This document shows, piece by piece, positions 37,343 through 49,815 of a DNA stretch of 64,000 nucleotides. Position 1 is the first letter of the stretch, and the number at the start of each line of letters is the position of its first letter. The translations under genes and the position numbers were made by a program. Origin of the DNA: Actinomycetota bacterium (lineage in GTDB: Bacteria; Actinomycetota; Actinomycetes; S36-B12; UBA5976); NCBI GenBank assembly GCA_947452765.1, contig CANGDR010000006.1, positions 1,184 to 65,183 of the forward strand, given 5' to 3'. The notes below the pieces were generated by a model that saw only the letters and a program-made list of their open reading frames with translations, was not told where the DNA came from and made no database searches.

Positions 37343-38425
37343 ATGGGGCAAGACTTCAACAAAGTTGATGCAATGGTTACCGAGCTGGACGAGCTCGAAG
37401 CCAAGCTCAGCGATCCTGCAACCCATAGCAATCCAAACGAAGCTCGCCGGATTGGTAAACGTCACGCTGAACTTAAGCCGGTAGTTGCCAAGTATCGCGA
37501 GTGGTTACAACTGCACGACGACGAAATTGCCGCTCGCGAAATGGGTGAAGAGGATTCCGCATTTTTGGCAGAAGCAGATCAGATGGCAATCGCACGAGAA
37601 GTTGCTGCTGACAAACTTCAGGAGATGTTGATACCGCGCGATCCAATGGATGGCAACGATGTAATTCTTGAAATCAAAGCGGGTGCAGGGGGAGAAGAGT
37701 CAGCTTTATTCGCTGGCGATTTGATGCGTATGTATTTGAAGTATGCCGAAAAGCGTGGTTGGGCAACTCAAGTTTTAGAGGCTGAAGAATCTGACATGGG
37801 TGGCTATAAAGATATTGCGATCGCAGTTAAGTCCAAGGGTGTAGTCGCACCGGAAGATGCTCCGTTTGCAAATCTAAAGTTTGAAGGGGGAGTACACCGA
37901 GTACAGCGCGTTCCGGTGACTGAATCGCAGGGACGGATTCATACATCTGCTGCTGGCGTACTAGTACTTCCTGAGGCAGAAGAAGTTGACGTAACTATCG
38001 ATCCTAATGATTTGCGAATTGACGTCTTTCGCTCTTCCGGACCTGGTGGCCAGAGCGTAAACACAACTGACTCTGCGGTTCGGATCACACACTTACCAAC
38101 TGGCATCGTAGTTTCTTGTCAGAATGAAAAATCACAATTGCAAAACAAGGAATCTGCGATGCGTATTCTTCGTGCTCGCATGCTCGCTGCGGCTCAAGAA
38201 GCTGCGATGGCTGCGGCATCCGATGTTCGAAAGAGTCAGGTTCGTACGGTCGATCGTTCCGAACGAATTCGTACGTACAACTTCCCAGAAAACCGGCTAG
38301 CGGATCACCGAGTTGGCTTCAAAAGTAATAATCTTGATGCAGTTATGAACGGTGATTTAGATCCAGTAATCGGTGCCTGCATCGAAGCAGACACCAAAGA
38401 ACGACTTGCAACTCTAGGAGATTAA
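37343..38425 (+). CDS. prfA: Peptide chain release factor 1
   Basis: [20 protein letters not shown] (PVT), GPGGQSVN. Confidence 0.97.
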   Translation: MGQDFNKVDAMVTELDELEAKLSDPATHSNPNEARRIGKRHAELKPVVAKYREWLQLHDDEIAAREMGEEDSAFLAEADQMAIAREVAADKLQEMLIPRDPMDGNDVILEIKAGAGGEESALFAGDLMRMYLKYAEKRGWATQVLEAEESDMGGYKDIAIAVKSKGVVAPEDAPFANLKFEGGVHRVQRVPVTESQGRIHTSAAGVLVLPEAEEVDVTIDPNDLRIDVFRSSGPGGQSVNTTDSAVRITHLPTGIVVSCQNEKSQLQNKESAMRILRARMLAAAQEAAMAAASDVRKSQVRTVDRSERIRTYNFPENRLADHRVGFKSNNLDAVMNGDLDPVIGACIEADTKERLATLGD

Positions 38426-38427
38426 CC

Positions 38428-39324
38428 ATGGTTGACTCCAAGGATTTATTAAGTAGTGCCAGCTTGCTACTTAGTGAAGCAGGAGTTGCTAGCCCGCATG
38501 TTGACGCCGAATTATTAATGGCACACGTCTGTGGCATCGAACGCTCACAGCTTGCTTCGGTCTTCGAAATCTCACTAGATCAAACCCAGGAATTCAATGA
38601 TTTAGTTGCCCTACGAGTAAAGCGGGTGCCATTACAACACTTAACTGGAGTTGCATACTTTCGTCACCTAGAACTAGCAGTTGGGCCCGGTGTTTTTGTG
38701 CCTCGCCCAGAAACTGAACTTTTAGTTGAAGCGGCGATTGAGTACCTAAAAGCAATATCCGGACCACGAATCGCAGTAGACCTTTGTTCTGGCAGCGGAG
38801 CAATCGCACTATCGATCGCGTTGGAAGTTCCAGGAACTTTAGTTTTAGCTGTGGAACTTTCAGATGATGCGGTGAAATGGTTAGCGCACAATATCGTTGA
38901 CCATGCATCAAAACTTGAAGCAGTCGGATCTCAGGTTTACCTGCACCATGGAAATGCTGGAGACCGAAACTTGCTCAATGACATGGCTGGCCAATTGGAT
39001 GCTGTGGTAACAAATCCGCCTTACATTCCAGAAGCCATGATTCCGCGTGATCCAGAAGCTCGTGACCATGATCCGGCAATGGCGCTCTTCAGCGGGCTAG
39101 ATGGCTTAGACGTCGCACGTCAAGTTGCGTGGGTCGGCGCAGACTTACTTAAATCTGGCGGATTCTTTGGCATGGAGCATGCAGACGTGCAAGGTGAAAG
39201 TGTTCCTGCATTTTTGAATTCCATGCCTGGCACATGGGAGCAAGTGCAAGACCATAAGGACTACAACAAATTGCCTAGGTTTACTACCGCGGTGCGAACT
39301 GATCAACCAAGCGTAGGAAGATAG
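38428..39324 (+). CDS. prmC: Release factor glutamine methyltransferase
   Basis: VFVPRPETE, DLCSGSGAI, TNPPY; follows prfA. Confidence 0.95.
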   Translation: MVDSKDLLSSASLLLSEAGVASPHVDAELLMAHVCGIERSQLASVFEISLDQTQEFNDLVALRVKRVPLQHLTGVAYFRHLELAVGPGVFVPRPETELLVEAAIEYLKAISGPRIAVDLCSGSGAIALSIALEVPGTLVLAVELSDDAVKWLAHNIVDHASKLEAVGSQVYLHHGNAGDRNLLNDMAGQLDAVVTNPPYIPEAMIPRDPEARDHDPAMALFSGLDGLDVARQVAWVGADLLKSGGFFGMEHADVQGESVPAFLNSMPGTWEQVQDHKDYNKLPRFTTAVRTDQPSVGR

Positions 39325-39328
39325 TCCT

Positions 39329-39994
39329 GTGTTTGAAACTCTCAAAGTCACACCCGATACATCGCAAATCGAAATTGATTCAGCGATAAGTAAAGCGGTT
39401 GCCGCTATTCAAGCTGGAAAATTAGTAGTAATTCCAACTGATACTTCTTATGCAGTCATGTGCGATGCATTTAATGCCGAGGCAATTGCACAACTTCGAA
39501 TTGCTAAGAAGCAAACTTCTGATGTTGCATTACCAATTTCTGCGGGTTCGATTGAAACCATTAAAGGCGTAGCAAACCTCTCGACCCTGGCAAATGACTT
39601 AGCGAGTGCATTTTGGCCCGGTGCCTTAACCTTGCTAACTACCGCACAGGATTCGCTTGCTTGGAATATTGGTGGAAGTGGCACTGCGCTTGCCGTTCGC
39701 GTTCCACATAATGATGTGGCGATAACAGTTTTGAATCAAATCGGGCCGTCAGTTATGACCGGAGCGCAGATAGCTGGTAAATCTCCAGTTAATACCGTGG
39801 ATCAAGCCATTTCAGCATTGGGCGAGAGTATTGCAATTTTCCTTGATGCGGGGGAACTTTCAAATCAGGTCTCATCAGTCATCGACACCACTGGCCAGCA
39901 CTTACGGCTCATCAGGGCAGGATCGCTTACCCTGCAGGAAATCCGCGAGGTTATGCCGATCGTCATAGATGCCTCTGCATCAAAATCGTCATAG
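39329..39994 (+). CDS. TsaC/Sua5/YrdC family protein with degenerate ATP-binding motifs
   Basis: VIPTDTSY, FWPGALTL, AVRVP, SSVIDTT..LRLIRAG; syntenic position after prmC. Confidence 0.8.
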   Translation: MFETLKVTPDTSQIEIDSAISKAVAAIQAGKLVVIPTDTSYAVMCDAFNAEAIAQLRIAKKQTSDVALPISAGSIETIKGVANLSTLANDLASAFWPGALTLLTTAQDSLAWNIGGSGTALAVRVPHNDVAITVLNQIGPSVMTGAQIAGKSPVNTVDQAISALGESIAIFLDAGELSNQVSSVIDTTGQHLRLIRAGSLTLQEIREVMPIVIDASASKSS

Positions 39995-40010
39995 ATGCCT
40001 CTGCATCAAA
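39959..40010. repeat. Perfect 26-bp tandem duplication spanning the stop codon
   Basis: ATCGTCATAGATGCCTCTGCATCAAA x2. Confidence 0.95.
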
Positions 40011-40074
40011 ATAGGTCACGCCCTAGACTTGTGAAACTGCGCACAAGCGCACTACGGGGTAAAAGGTGACCACT

Positions 40075-41340
40075 ATGAGCGACACATTCTTTGGTTCAGA
40101 TTTCGACGAGCTAAATGAAACCGATCCAGAAATAGCGGACATTCTGCTTGCCGAACTAAATCGGTTGCGCACTGGAATTCAGTTAATCGCTTCCGAAAAC
40201 TTCACCTCACCAGCTGTCCTAACTGCACTTGGCTCAACTCTGAGTAACAAGTACGCCGAAGGCTATCCAGGCAAGCGTTACTACGGCGGTTGCGAAGTTG
40301 TGGACATAGCGGAGAACCTTGGTATCGAACGTGCCAAATCCTTATTTGGCGCAGAACATGCGAACTTACAGCCACACTCCGGCGCAAGCGCAAACATTGC
40401 GGTGTTTGGTGCATTCATGAAGCCAGGCGATACCTTTTTAGCAATGGCTTTGCCACACGGTGGTCACTTAACACATGGCGCAGGCGTTTCATACTCTGGT
40501 AAATGGTTCAATCCAGTTCACTACGGTGTTGCTGAAGGAACTGAAAATATTGACTACGACCAGTTACGCGACCTTGCACGTGAACACAAGCCAAAGATGA
40601 TTGTCGCCGGTGGATCTGCAATTCCTCGCTTAATTGACTTTAAAGCCATTCGTGAAATTGCTGACGAAGTTGGAGCGATCATGCACGTTGATGCTGCGCA
40701 CTTCATTGGACTAGTTGCAGGTAAGGCAATCCCGTCTCCAGTTCCGTACGCCGATGTAGTTACATTCACAACTCACAAGGTGCTTCGTGGACCACGCTCC
40801 GGCATGATCGTTTGCAAATCAGAGCATGCAGCTGCGATCGACAAGGGAGTATTCCCTTTGATGCAAGGTGGACCGATGATGCATGTGATTGCTGCAAAGG
40901 CTGTCGCATTAAAAGAATGTGCAACTCCCGAGTATCAGAAGTATGCAAAAGATGTCATTGTGAACGCCCAGGCGCTAACAGCAGGTTTAGCTACGGAAGG
41001 TATGCGCCCGGTGACTGGTGGAACTGATACGCACCTAGCGTTGCTTGATCTGCAAGGAATCGACGTTTCAGGCAAGGATGCTGAGCAGCGAGCAAGTGAT
41101 TCCGGCATTGTCCTTAACAAGAATTCAATTCCGTACGATCCAAAGCCGGCAGCAGTAACTTCCGGTGTTCGTGTTGGCACACCTTCAGTAACTACCCAAG
41201 GTATGGGCGTTCCTGAAATGGAAAAGATTGCTTCCATGATTGGGCGGGCTGTTAAGACTGATAATCCAGCAGTTCATGCGGAAATTAAGGCTGAAGTAAC
41301 GGAACTCACTGCTAAGTTCCCTGCGTACCCACGTCCATAA
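40075..41340 (+). CDS. glyA: Serine hydroxymethyltransferase
   Basis: LIASENF, NKYAEGYPGKRYYGGC, TTHKVLRGPR, GGTDTH. Confidence 0.97.
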   Translation: MSDTFFGSDFDELNETDPEIADILLAELNRLRTGIQLIASENFTSPAVLTALGSTLSNKYAEGYPGKRYYGGCEVVDIAENLGIERAKSLFGAEHANLQPHSGASANIAVFGAFMKPGDTFLAMALPHGGHLTHGAGVSYSGKWFNPVHYGVAEGTENIDYDQLRDLAREHKPKMIVAGGSAIPRLIDFKAIREIADEVGAIMHVDAAHFIGLVAGKAIPSPVPYADVVTFTTHKVLRGPRSGMIVCKSEHAAAIDKGVFPLMQGGPMMHVIAAKAVALKECATPEYQKYAKDVIVNAQALTAGLATEGMRPVTGGTDTHLALLDLQGIDVSGKDAEQRASDSGIVLNKNSIPYDPKPAAVTSGVRVGTPSVTTQGMGVPEMEKIASMIGRAVKTDNPAVHAEIKAEVTELTAKFPAYPRP

Positions 41341-41366
41341 TTTCTAAAGGGGTTTAACCTTTCCCT

Positions 41367-42464
41367 ATGCGCGAATATCTGCTGTGCCTAGTTGCTGCAG
41401 CGGCTGTCACATATTTACTGGCACCGTTAGCTCGCGCATTAGCGATTCATTTTGGCGCCATGGCCCAAGTGCGAGATCGCGATGTACATCTGAGGCCAAC
41501 CCCACGATGGGGCGGACTGGCAATGTTAGTTGGACTATGTGTCGCAATTGTGCTGGCCAGTCAATTGCCGCTGATGTCCACGATTTTTACTGATCGCCGC
41601 CAGATAACTGCGCTGCTTCTTGGCTGCCTAATAATCGTGATACTTGGATTATTAGATGACAAGTATGGACTTGATGCTCCTACAAAACTTGTCGGACAAA
41701 TTTTGGCTGCCGGAACTATGGCTATGCAGGGTGTAACCCTGGTGTGGTTACCAATCCGTGGAACTTTTATTCTCGATTCAAGTACATCCGTATTGCTAAC
41801 AGTGCTGGTCGTATTAGTCAGTATTAATGCCGTGAATATGGTGGACGGACTTGACGGGCTGGCCGCAAGCATTGTTATGGTCGGCGCCAGTGCGTTCTTT
41901 GCTTATTCGTATTTCCTTTCCGTGCAAAATGGCTACCAGCGCGCTGCGCTTGCAACTCTTGTCTCTGCCTCGCTGGTTGGAATGTGTGCAGGATTTTTGC
42001 CGCACAACTGGTACCGCGCTCGGGTATTTATGGGTGACACCGGTTCAATGTTGATAGGTCTACTAATGGCAGCTTCTTCAATCATGCTGACTGGTCAGGT
42101 TGACCCAAGCGGATTGAGCGGCGGCACATTGCTTCCAGCTTTTCTTCCAATTGTTTTACCGCTCTCGATTTTGGCAGTTCCGTTACTTGACCTCATACTG
42201 GCTGTGGCGCGGCGAACTCGAAAGGGTAGTTCACCGTTTACCCCTGACAAAGAACACCTTCATCATCGACTACTCAATCTCGGCCATGGGCAAGAGCGCG
42301 CAGTTCTGATCATGACTGCGTTTACCGGGTTGATCGCATTTGGCGCAGTGAGCACAGCGTTTGTGCCAGTTTGGCTAACTGCCCTTGGCGTTGGTGCAGG
42401 CGGAATTGCAATTGCAGGCTGGGTTTTGAATCCGCCACAACAAGTAACTAGTCACCAGCCTTAA
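41367..42464 (+). CDS. wecA: Polyprenyl-phosphate GlcNAc-1-phosphate transferase (WecA/Rfe, MraY-like)
   Basis: GLLDD, NMVDGLDGLA, FMGDTGS, DKEHLHH. Confidence 0.88.
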   Translation: MREYLLCLVAAAAVTYLLAPLARALAIHFGAMAQVRDRDVHLRPTPRWGGLAMLVGLCVAIVLASQLPLMSTIFTDRRQITALLLGCLIIVILGLLDDKYGLDAPTKLVGQILAAGTMAMQGVTLVWLPIRGTFILDSSTSVLLTVLVVLVSINAVNMVDGLDGLAASIVMVGASAFFAYSYFLSVQNGYQRAALATLVSASLVGMCAGFLPHNWYRARVFMGDTGSMLIGLLMAASSIMLTGQVDPSGLSGGTLLPAFLPIVLPLSILAVPLLDLILAVARRTRKGSSPFTPDKEHLHHRLLNLGHGQERAVLIMTAFTGLIAFGAVSTAFVPVWLTALGVGAGGIAIAGWVLNPPQQVTSHQP

Positions 42465-42480
42465 CTGAGAGAATGAAATT

Positions 42481-42918
42481 ATGAACAGCAAAAACATAAT
42501 TGTCCGAGCAGCTATCCCAACGGTCGTTGTGGGCATAATGGCCGTTGTTGTCGGGTACCTAAAGACTGGAACTCAAGGACTTGTCGGCGCCGCATTCGGC
42601 GCACTAATTGTCGTAGTTTTCTTCAGCGCTGGGCAATTAGCCCTAGATAAGGTAATTCGGACTAATCCAGGAATCGCAACTTCGATGGCACTCCTCCTCT
42701 ATCTAATAAAGGTCGCAGTGCTATTTGTTCTAATTCTGATATTTCAGGATACGAAGGCCTTTGATACCAAGGTTTTTGCTGCGACGATTGTTACCTGCAC
42801 GATTGTTTGGTTAGTGGCCGAAACCTGGGCGTTTGCCACTGCAAAAGTCCTTTATGTGGAGCCTGGATCAGGTCCAGAAATCATGCCATTTGATGATGGA
42901 AAACCGAGCAATTTCTGA
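42481..42918 (+). CDS. ATP synthase-associated membrane protein (AtpI-like)
   Basis: Four TM segments, conserved position before atp genes. Confidence 0.7.
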   Translation: MNSKNIIVRAAIPTVVVGIMAVVVGYLKTGTQGLVGAAFGALIVVVFFSAGQLALDKVIRTNPGIATSMALLLYLIKVAVLFVLILIFQDTKAFDTKVFAATIVTCTIVWLVAETWAFATAKVLYVEPGSGPEIMPFDDGKPSNF

Positions 42919-42981
42919 GGCAAAGCACTCACTTTGAAATGACAGGGGCTGGTTCGGAGTGCCCAACCAAACCTGATAATC

Positions 42982-43257
42982 TTGCACGAAATGAAGGCAG
43001 ACGGCACCGATCTCCCCAACAGTGACGACACCCGCGCAACAGCAGATATGGCATGGCGATCAGTAAGTAATCTGACCGCCGGCATGTTGTTGTACGGGGG
43101 ACTTGGCTGGTTAATCGGACGTAAAGTCGGACACCAGTCAGCCTTTATGGCAACAGGACTTGTACTCGGAATAGTTCTGGCGCTCTACCTAACGTATGTA
43201 CGAGTTTCGAACATGGATCGAGACCTAACGAATGACCGGAGGAACGAACAGCAATGA
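42982..43257 (+). CDS. AtpZ/AtpI family small membrane protein
   Basis: Two TMs (AGMLLYGGLGWLI...GLVLG) directly before atpB; exact start uncertain. Confidence 0.7.
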   Translation: MHEMKADGTDLPNSDDTRATADMAWRSVSNLTAGMLLYGGLGWLIGRKVGHQSAFMATGLVLGIVLALYLTYVRVSNMDRDLTNDRRNEQQ

Positions 43258-44072
43258 GCGCTGTAATCGTCGCTAGCGAGGGATGTCACCTCAACTCTGG
43301 TTGTGGATTCCCAGCACCAAGCGCCGACATTTTCTTCCTTGAGCCATACGCAACGCTTCACATTGCTGGGATGGACTTCGTAATTGGTAAAACCACAATC
43401 CTGGTTGCCTTAGTTGCACTTGTTATTTCAGTTTTCTTTTTAGCCGCAGCTCGCCCACAGCGTATGGTCCCTGGAAAACTTCAGTCCATCGGCGAACAGG
43501 GCTACCTCTTTATTCGCGATCAAATTGCTCGCGAAGTAATTGGCAAGGATGGTGATCGCTTTGTGCCATTCCTTGGTGCCTTGTTTTTCTTTGTTTGGCT
43601 TTCTAATTTGATGGGCGTTATCCCCGGGGCGCAATTCCCGATTATGTCGAGCTTGGCTTTCCCAGTTGCGCTGACTTTGGTGGTTTACGCGACATACCTA
43701 TACCTAGGTATGAAGCATCAGGGGCCAATTAAATTCTTCAGCGCTGCAATGTTTCCAGCCGGCGTGCCAAAAGCTATGTACATTCTGCTTGCACCACTTG
43801 AATTACTTCAACTAGTTGTTACTCGGCCAGTAACACAGGCAATTCGTTTGTTTGCAAATATGTTTGCTGGCCACTTACTTATTACAACTTTCACAGTGGG
43901 TGCCTACTACTTGTTGTCACCCTCGATCATTGGCGCACTTGGATCTGCAACCTCGTTCGGCGTTACCGTCGTTCTAACTGGATTTGAAATGTTTATTCAA
44001 TTCCTGCAAGCATTTATTTTCACGCTACTTACTGCCGTTTACATTGGTGGTTCGTTGCACGCCGAACACTAA
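43254..44072 (+). CDS. atpB: ATP synthase F0 subunit a
   Basis: RLFANMFAGH, FLQAFIFTLL. Confidence 0.96.
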   Translation: MSAVIVASEGCHLNSGCGFPAPSADIFFLEPYATLHIAGMDFVIGKTTILVALVALVISVFFLAAARPQRMVPGKLQSIGEQGYLFIRDQIAREVIGKDGDRFVPFLGALFFFVWLSNLMGVIPGAQFPIMSSLAFPVALTLVVYATYLYLGMKHQGPIKFFSAAMFPAGVPKAMYILLAPLELLQLVVTRPVTQAIRLFANMFAGHLLITTFTVGAYYLLSPSIIGALGSATSFGVTVVLTGFEMFIQFLQAFIFTLLTAVYIGGSLHAEH

Positions 44073-44151
44073 AACTTCGTGCCTAGGAAACTGGGCAGGA
44101 TTGCAAGACAGCAAGACAGATAGAAACCTGAGTTACTGGACAAGCCAGTAA

Positions 44152-44400
<249 letters not shown>

Positions 44401-44420
44401 TTCAAAAGGATTTATAAACC

Positions 44421-44960
44421 GTGATTAACATCTTCGCTGCTGGAGCTGAGCAAGTAAATATCCTGCGGGTTCCGCTGGATGAACTTGTCATCGGCACAAT
44501 TGCGTTTGGTTTGGTCTTCTTTGCGCTTGCTAAGTTCGCATTCCCTGCGATCAACAAGACGCTCGAAGCCCGTGCTGATGCAATTGAGGGTGGCCTACAG
44601 CGCGCGGAAGACTCGCAAGCAGAGGCTGCTGCCATGCTTGACCAGTATCGTGCGCAATTGGCGCAAGCCCGAACCGAAGCGGCAAGCATTCGTGCTGAAG
44701 CTCAAGCAGATAAAACAGCCATGATCGAGCAAGCTCGCTCCGAGGCCGCAACTGCTGCTGCAGTAGTAACTGAACGCGCGCAGGCTCAAATGGATGCGGA
44801 ACGCTCCCAAGCGATGACGTCACTTCGCCGTGATGTGAGTGAACTTGCACTTGTCTTAGCTGGCAAAGTCGTAGGGGAGTCCCTATCTGATGATGCTCGC
44901 GCCCGGGCTTCGGTTGACCGCTTCATCGCAGATCTCGAAGGCGAGGCAGCCAAGAAATGA
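44421..44960 (+). CDS. atpF: ATP synthase F0 subunit b
   Basis: N-terminal TM then Ala/Glu-rich coiled coil; operon position. Confidence 0.95.
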   Translation: MINIFAAGAEQVNILRVPLDELVIGTIAFGLVFFALAKFAFPAINKTLEARADAIEGGLQRAEDSQAEAAAMLDQYRAQLAQARTEAASIRAEAQADKTAMIEQARSEAATAAAVVTERAQAQMDAERSQAMTSLRRDVSELALVLAGKVVGESLSDDARARASVDRFIADLEGEAAKK

Positions 44961-45766
44961 TCGGCGCATCCCGCAATAGTTTGGCATTAGTACAGGAGTC
45001 ATTGCGCTCCCGTTCTGGGCTTGGCGATCTGTCCGCCATGTCCGCTGAACTTCTTGCGGTCGCCGATGTCTTGGCTAATGAGAAATCACTTCGTCAGAAC
45101 TTGGCAGACAGTGGCCAGCCAACTGCCGCACGTGCATCTGTAATTAAGGATGTCTTCGGCACCAAGGTAAATTCAGCAACTCTTGATGTGTTGAATGAAC
45201 TTGTGGCTGCGCGCTGGTCATCCGATATCGACTTAGTTGACGCAGCAGAACTCTTAGGTTCCCAGGCTGCTTTTGCAGTCGCAGATAAAGCTGGATCGCT
45301 CGACCGAGTAGAAAATGAACTTTTCCACTTTGGCCGCGCGGTTGATGCCTCTTCTGAACTCCAAATGACCTTGACTGATCCGGCGATCGACTCGGCCACA
45401 AAGTCCGCCATAATCGGCGATCTACTTGGCGGGAAAGTCGATGAAACCAGTTTGAACTTGATCAAGTACATCGCCGGACATTTGCGTGGTCGTCGCGTTG
45501 ATTCAGTTTTGGAAACATTTGGTAACTTGGCGGCTTCTCAGCGCAACCAAGTTGTTGCAGAAGTCCGCGCTGCTATTGCATTAGATGCGGAACAAACTCG
45601 CCGGTTAGCTTCAGCTCTTTCGAAGATCACCGGTAAAGATGTTCGAATCAATGTCGCAATTGATTCATCCGTTGTAGGTGGCATTTCAGTTGCTATCGGA
45701 GAAGAAGTCTTCGATGGTACCGTCGCTGCCCGCCTCGAAAGTGCCCGCAGAGCTCTGCTGGCCTAA
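44957..45766 (+). CDS. atpH: ATP synthase F1 subunit delta (long actinobacterial form)
   Basis: C-terminal VVGGISVAIGEEVFDGTV; operon position. Confidence 0.94.
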   Translation: MIGASRNSLALVQESLRSRSGLGDLSAMSAELLAVADVLANEKSLRQNLADSGQPTAARASVIKDVFGTKVNSATLDVLNELVAARWSSDIDLVDAAELLGSQAAFAVADKAGSLDRVENELFHFGRAVDASSELQMTLTDPAIDSATKSAIIGDLLGGKVDETSLNLIKYIAGHLRGRRVDSVLETFGNLAASQRNQVVAEVRAAIALDAEQTRRLASALSKITGKDVRINVAIDSSVVGGISVAIGEEVFDGTVAARLESARRALLA

Positions 45767-45825
45767 CACCCGAAATTTAACCAAGTACTACCAAGCAAGA
45801 ACTACCAAGAAGAAAGCAGGACACC

Positions 45826-47457
45826 ATGACGGAACTCTCGATCCGCCCGGATGAGATCCGCGATGCAATCGCTCGTAACATCGAGTCATTTGCAGCTGGC
45901 ACTTCTCGTGAAGAAGTTGGACATGTGACACAGACCGGTGACGGTATCGCACGTGTTGAAGGACTTCACTCAGCCATGACTAACGAATTGCTTGAGTTCG
46001 AAGGAGGCCTTAAGGGCCTAGCCTTGAACCTTGACGTTCGTGAAATTGGAGCTGTGCTTCTTGGCGATGGTTCCAGCATTGCTGAAGGTCAGACAGTCAA
46101 GCGCACTGGCGAAATTCTTTCGGTTCCAGTCGGAGACGGTTTCTTAGGTCGTGTTGTTGACCCACTTGGTAACCCAATCGATGGCCTTGGTCCAATCGTT
46201 GCTGAGGGTCGCCGTGCTCTGGAAACTCAGGCACCAACAGTCGTGCAGCGACAGCCGGTTAAGGAGCCAATGTTGACTGGCCTTAAGGCCATTGACGCGA
46301 TGACTGCAATTGGTCGCGGCCAGCGTCAGCTAATCATTGGTGACCGCCAGACCGGTAAGACTGCTGTTGCAATTGACACCATTCTTAATCAGCGCGAGAA
46401 CTGGAAGTCCGGTGACAAGAAGAAGCAGGTTAAGTGCATCTATGTCGCAATTGGCCAGAAGGGTTCCACGATTGCGGCAGTTAAGGGTGCACTCGAAGAA
46501 TTCGGCGCCATGGAATACACAACCATCGTTGCCGCCCCAGCATCTGACCCAGCAGGCTTTAAGTACTTAGCGCCTTACACCGGCTCTGCAATTGGCCAGC
46601 ACTGGATGTATAAGGGCGAGCACGTACTTATCGTCTTTGATGATCTTTCCAAGCAAGCCGAGGCATACCGCGCCGTTTCCTTGCTACTTCGTCGTCCGCC
46701 AGGTCGCGAGGCATACCCAGGTGACGTTTTCTACTTACACTCCCGCTTGCTAGAACGTTGCGCAAAGCTTTCTGATGAACTTGGCGGCGGCTCGATGACT
46801 GGACTTCCAATCATCGAAACCAAGGCAAATGACGTTTCGGCATACATTCCAACAAACGTAATTTCCATCACTGATGGTCAGTGCTTCTTGGAATCAGATC
46901 TCTTCAACTCTGGTATTCGTCCAGCTATCAACGTAGGTATTTCGGTATCTCGTGTTGGTGGTTCGGCACAGCCAAAGTCGATGAAGAAGGTTGCCGGTCG
47001 TCTCCGTTTGGACCTAGCCCAGTACCGCGAGCTAGAAGCCTTCGCGGCATTCGGTTCCGATCTTGATGCTGCATCCAAAGCTCAGCTTGAACGCGGTTCG
47101 CGCCTAGTTGAACTGCTAAAGCAGGGTCAGTACCAGCCACAATCGATGGAACGCGAAGCTGTTTCAGTTTGGGCTGGAACTTCAGGCAACTTAGATGACG
47201 TGCCAGTGGAAGATATTCGTCGATTTGATTCTGAATTCCTAGATCAAATTGAACGCAACCACAACGCAATCTTCGAATCCATTCGCACAACAACGGATCT
47301 TTCCGATGACAACGTAAGTGCACTGGAAAAAGCAATCGGTGAATTCAAGAAGCAGTTCCGCACAACTGCGGGTCATTCTTTAGTTAACGATGCTCCAGTT
47401 GCAGCAATCAACGAAGATGACGTTGAAGTCACTCAGATTGTGAAGGTCAAGGCCTAA
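45826..47457 (+). CDS. atpA: ATP synthase F1 subunit alpha
   Basis: [31 protein letters not shown]. Confidence 0.98.
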   Translation: MTELSIRPDEIRDAIARNIESFAAGTSREEVGHVTQTGDGIARVEGLHSAMTNELLEFEGGLKGLALNLDVREIGAVLLGDGSSIAEGQTVKRTGEILSVPVGDGFLGRVVDPLGNPIDGLGPIVAEGRRALETQAPTVVQRQPVKEPMLTGLKAIDAMTAIGRGQRQLIIGDRQTGKTAVAIDTILNQRENWKSGDKKKQVKCIYVAIGQKGSTIAAVKGALEEFGAMEYTTIVAAPASDPAGFKYLAPYTGSAIGQHWMYKGEHVLIVFDDLSKQAEAYRAVSLLLRRPPGREAYPGDVFYLHSRLLERCAKLSDELGGGSMTGLPIIETKANDVSAYIPTNVISITDGQCFLESDLFNSGIRPAINVGISVSRVGGSAQPKSMKKVAGRLRLDLAQYRELEAFAAFGSDLDAASKAQLERGSRLVELLKQGQYQPQSMEREAVSVWAGTSGNLDDVPVEDIRRFDSEFLDQIERNHNAIFESIRTTTDLSDDNVSALEKAIGEFKKQFRTTAGHSLVNDAPVAAINEDDVEVTQIVKVKA

Positions 47458-47459
47458 AA

Positions 47460-48368
47460 ATGGGAGCTCAACTGCGGGTCTACCGACGACGGATCAAATC
47501 CGTCCAGTCGACCAAGAAGATTACGAAGGCAATGGAGCTCATTGCTTCTTCGCGTTTCGTCAAGGCGCAACAGCGCGTTGAAGCTTCTTTGCCGTATACC
47601 CAAGAGTTACTTCGGGCAATTTCGGCAGCCGTGTCGCATGGCAATAACAAAGGTGCCTTGGTTTCTGAAGTTGAGAATCGTAAGCGGGCTGCGGTAATTC
47701 TGATTACTTCAGATCGCGGACTTGCAGGCGCTTACTCCTCAGCAGTTATTAAGGAAGGCGAAGGCTTAAACGCCTTGCTAACCGAGGCCGGCGTTACACC
47801 CGAGCATTATCTGGTTGGACGTAAGTCCGTTGGTTACTACAAGTTCCGCGAGCGCAAGATTGCAAACTCTTGGACTGGCTTTACCGACCAACCAACTTAC
47901 GAAGACGCTAAGCGAATCGCTGCCGCGGTACTTGAAGCCTTCAACACTCCAACCGCAGAGGGTGGCGTAGACGAAATTCATTTGGTTTACACCCACTTTG
48001 TAAACATGGCAGTGCAAGAAGTTCGAGTCCGACGCATTCTGCCAGTTGAGGTTGTTGAACTATCGAAGGAAGTTGCATCCGAGAAGTTGGATACCAAAGT
48101 ATTCCCACTTTACGATTTCGAACCAAGCCCAGAAGAAGTGCTTGCTGCGCTACTTCCGCGTTACGTCGAAAACACCATTTACACATCGTTGTTACTGGCT
48201 GCAGCCAGCGAGCACGCCGCACGTCGTCGCGCTATGAAGTCTGCATCTGATAACGCCGAAGAATTAATCCGCACACTTGCCCGCCAAGCCAACCAGGCTC
48301 GTCAGGCAGAAATCACCCAGGAAATCAGTGAAATCGTCGGCGGAGCCGACGCACTGGCGTCCGCATAA
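47460..48368 (+). CDS. atpG: ATP synthase F1 subunit gamma
   Basis: KITKAMELIA, SDRGLAG, ARQAEITQEISEIVGG. Confidence 0.98.
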   Translation: MGAQLRVYRRRIKSVQSTKKITKAMELIASSRFVKAQQRVEASLPYTQELLRAISAAVSHGNNKGALVSEVENRKRAAVILITSDRGLAGAYSSAVIKEGEGLNALLTEAGVTPEHYLVGRKSVGYYKFRERKIANSWTGFTDQPTYEDAKRIAAAVLEAFNTPTAEGGVDEIHLVYTHFVNMAVQEVRVRRILPVEVVELSKEVASEKLDTKVFPLYDFEPSPEEVLAALLPRYVENTIYTSLLLAAASEHAARRRAMKSASDNAEELIRTLARQANQARQAEITQEISEIVGGADALASA

Positions 48369-48379
48369 CCAGGGAGTAA

Positions 48380-49813
<1,434 letters not shown>

Positions 49814-49815
49814 AC

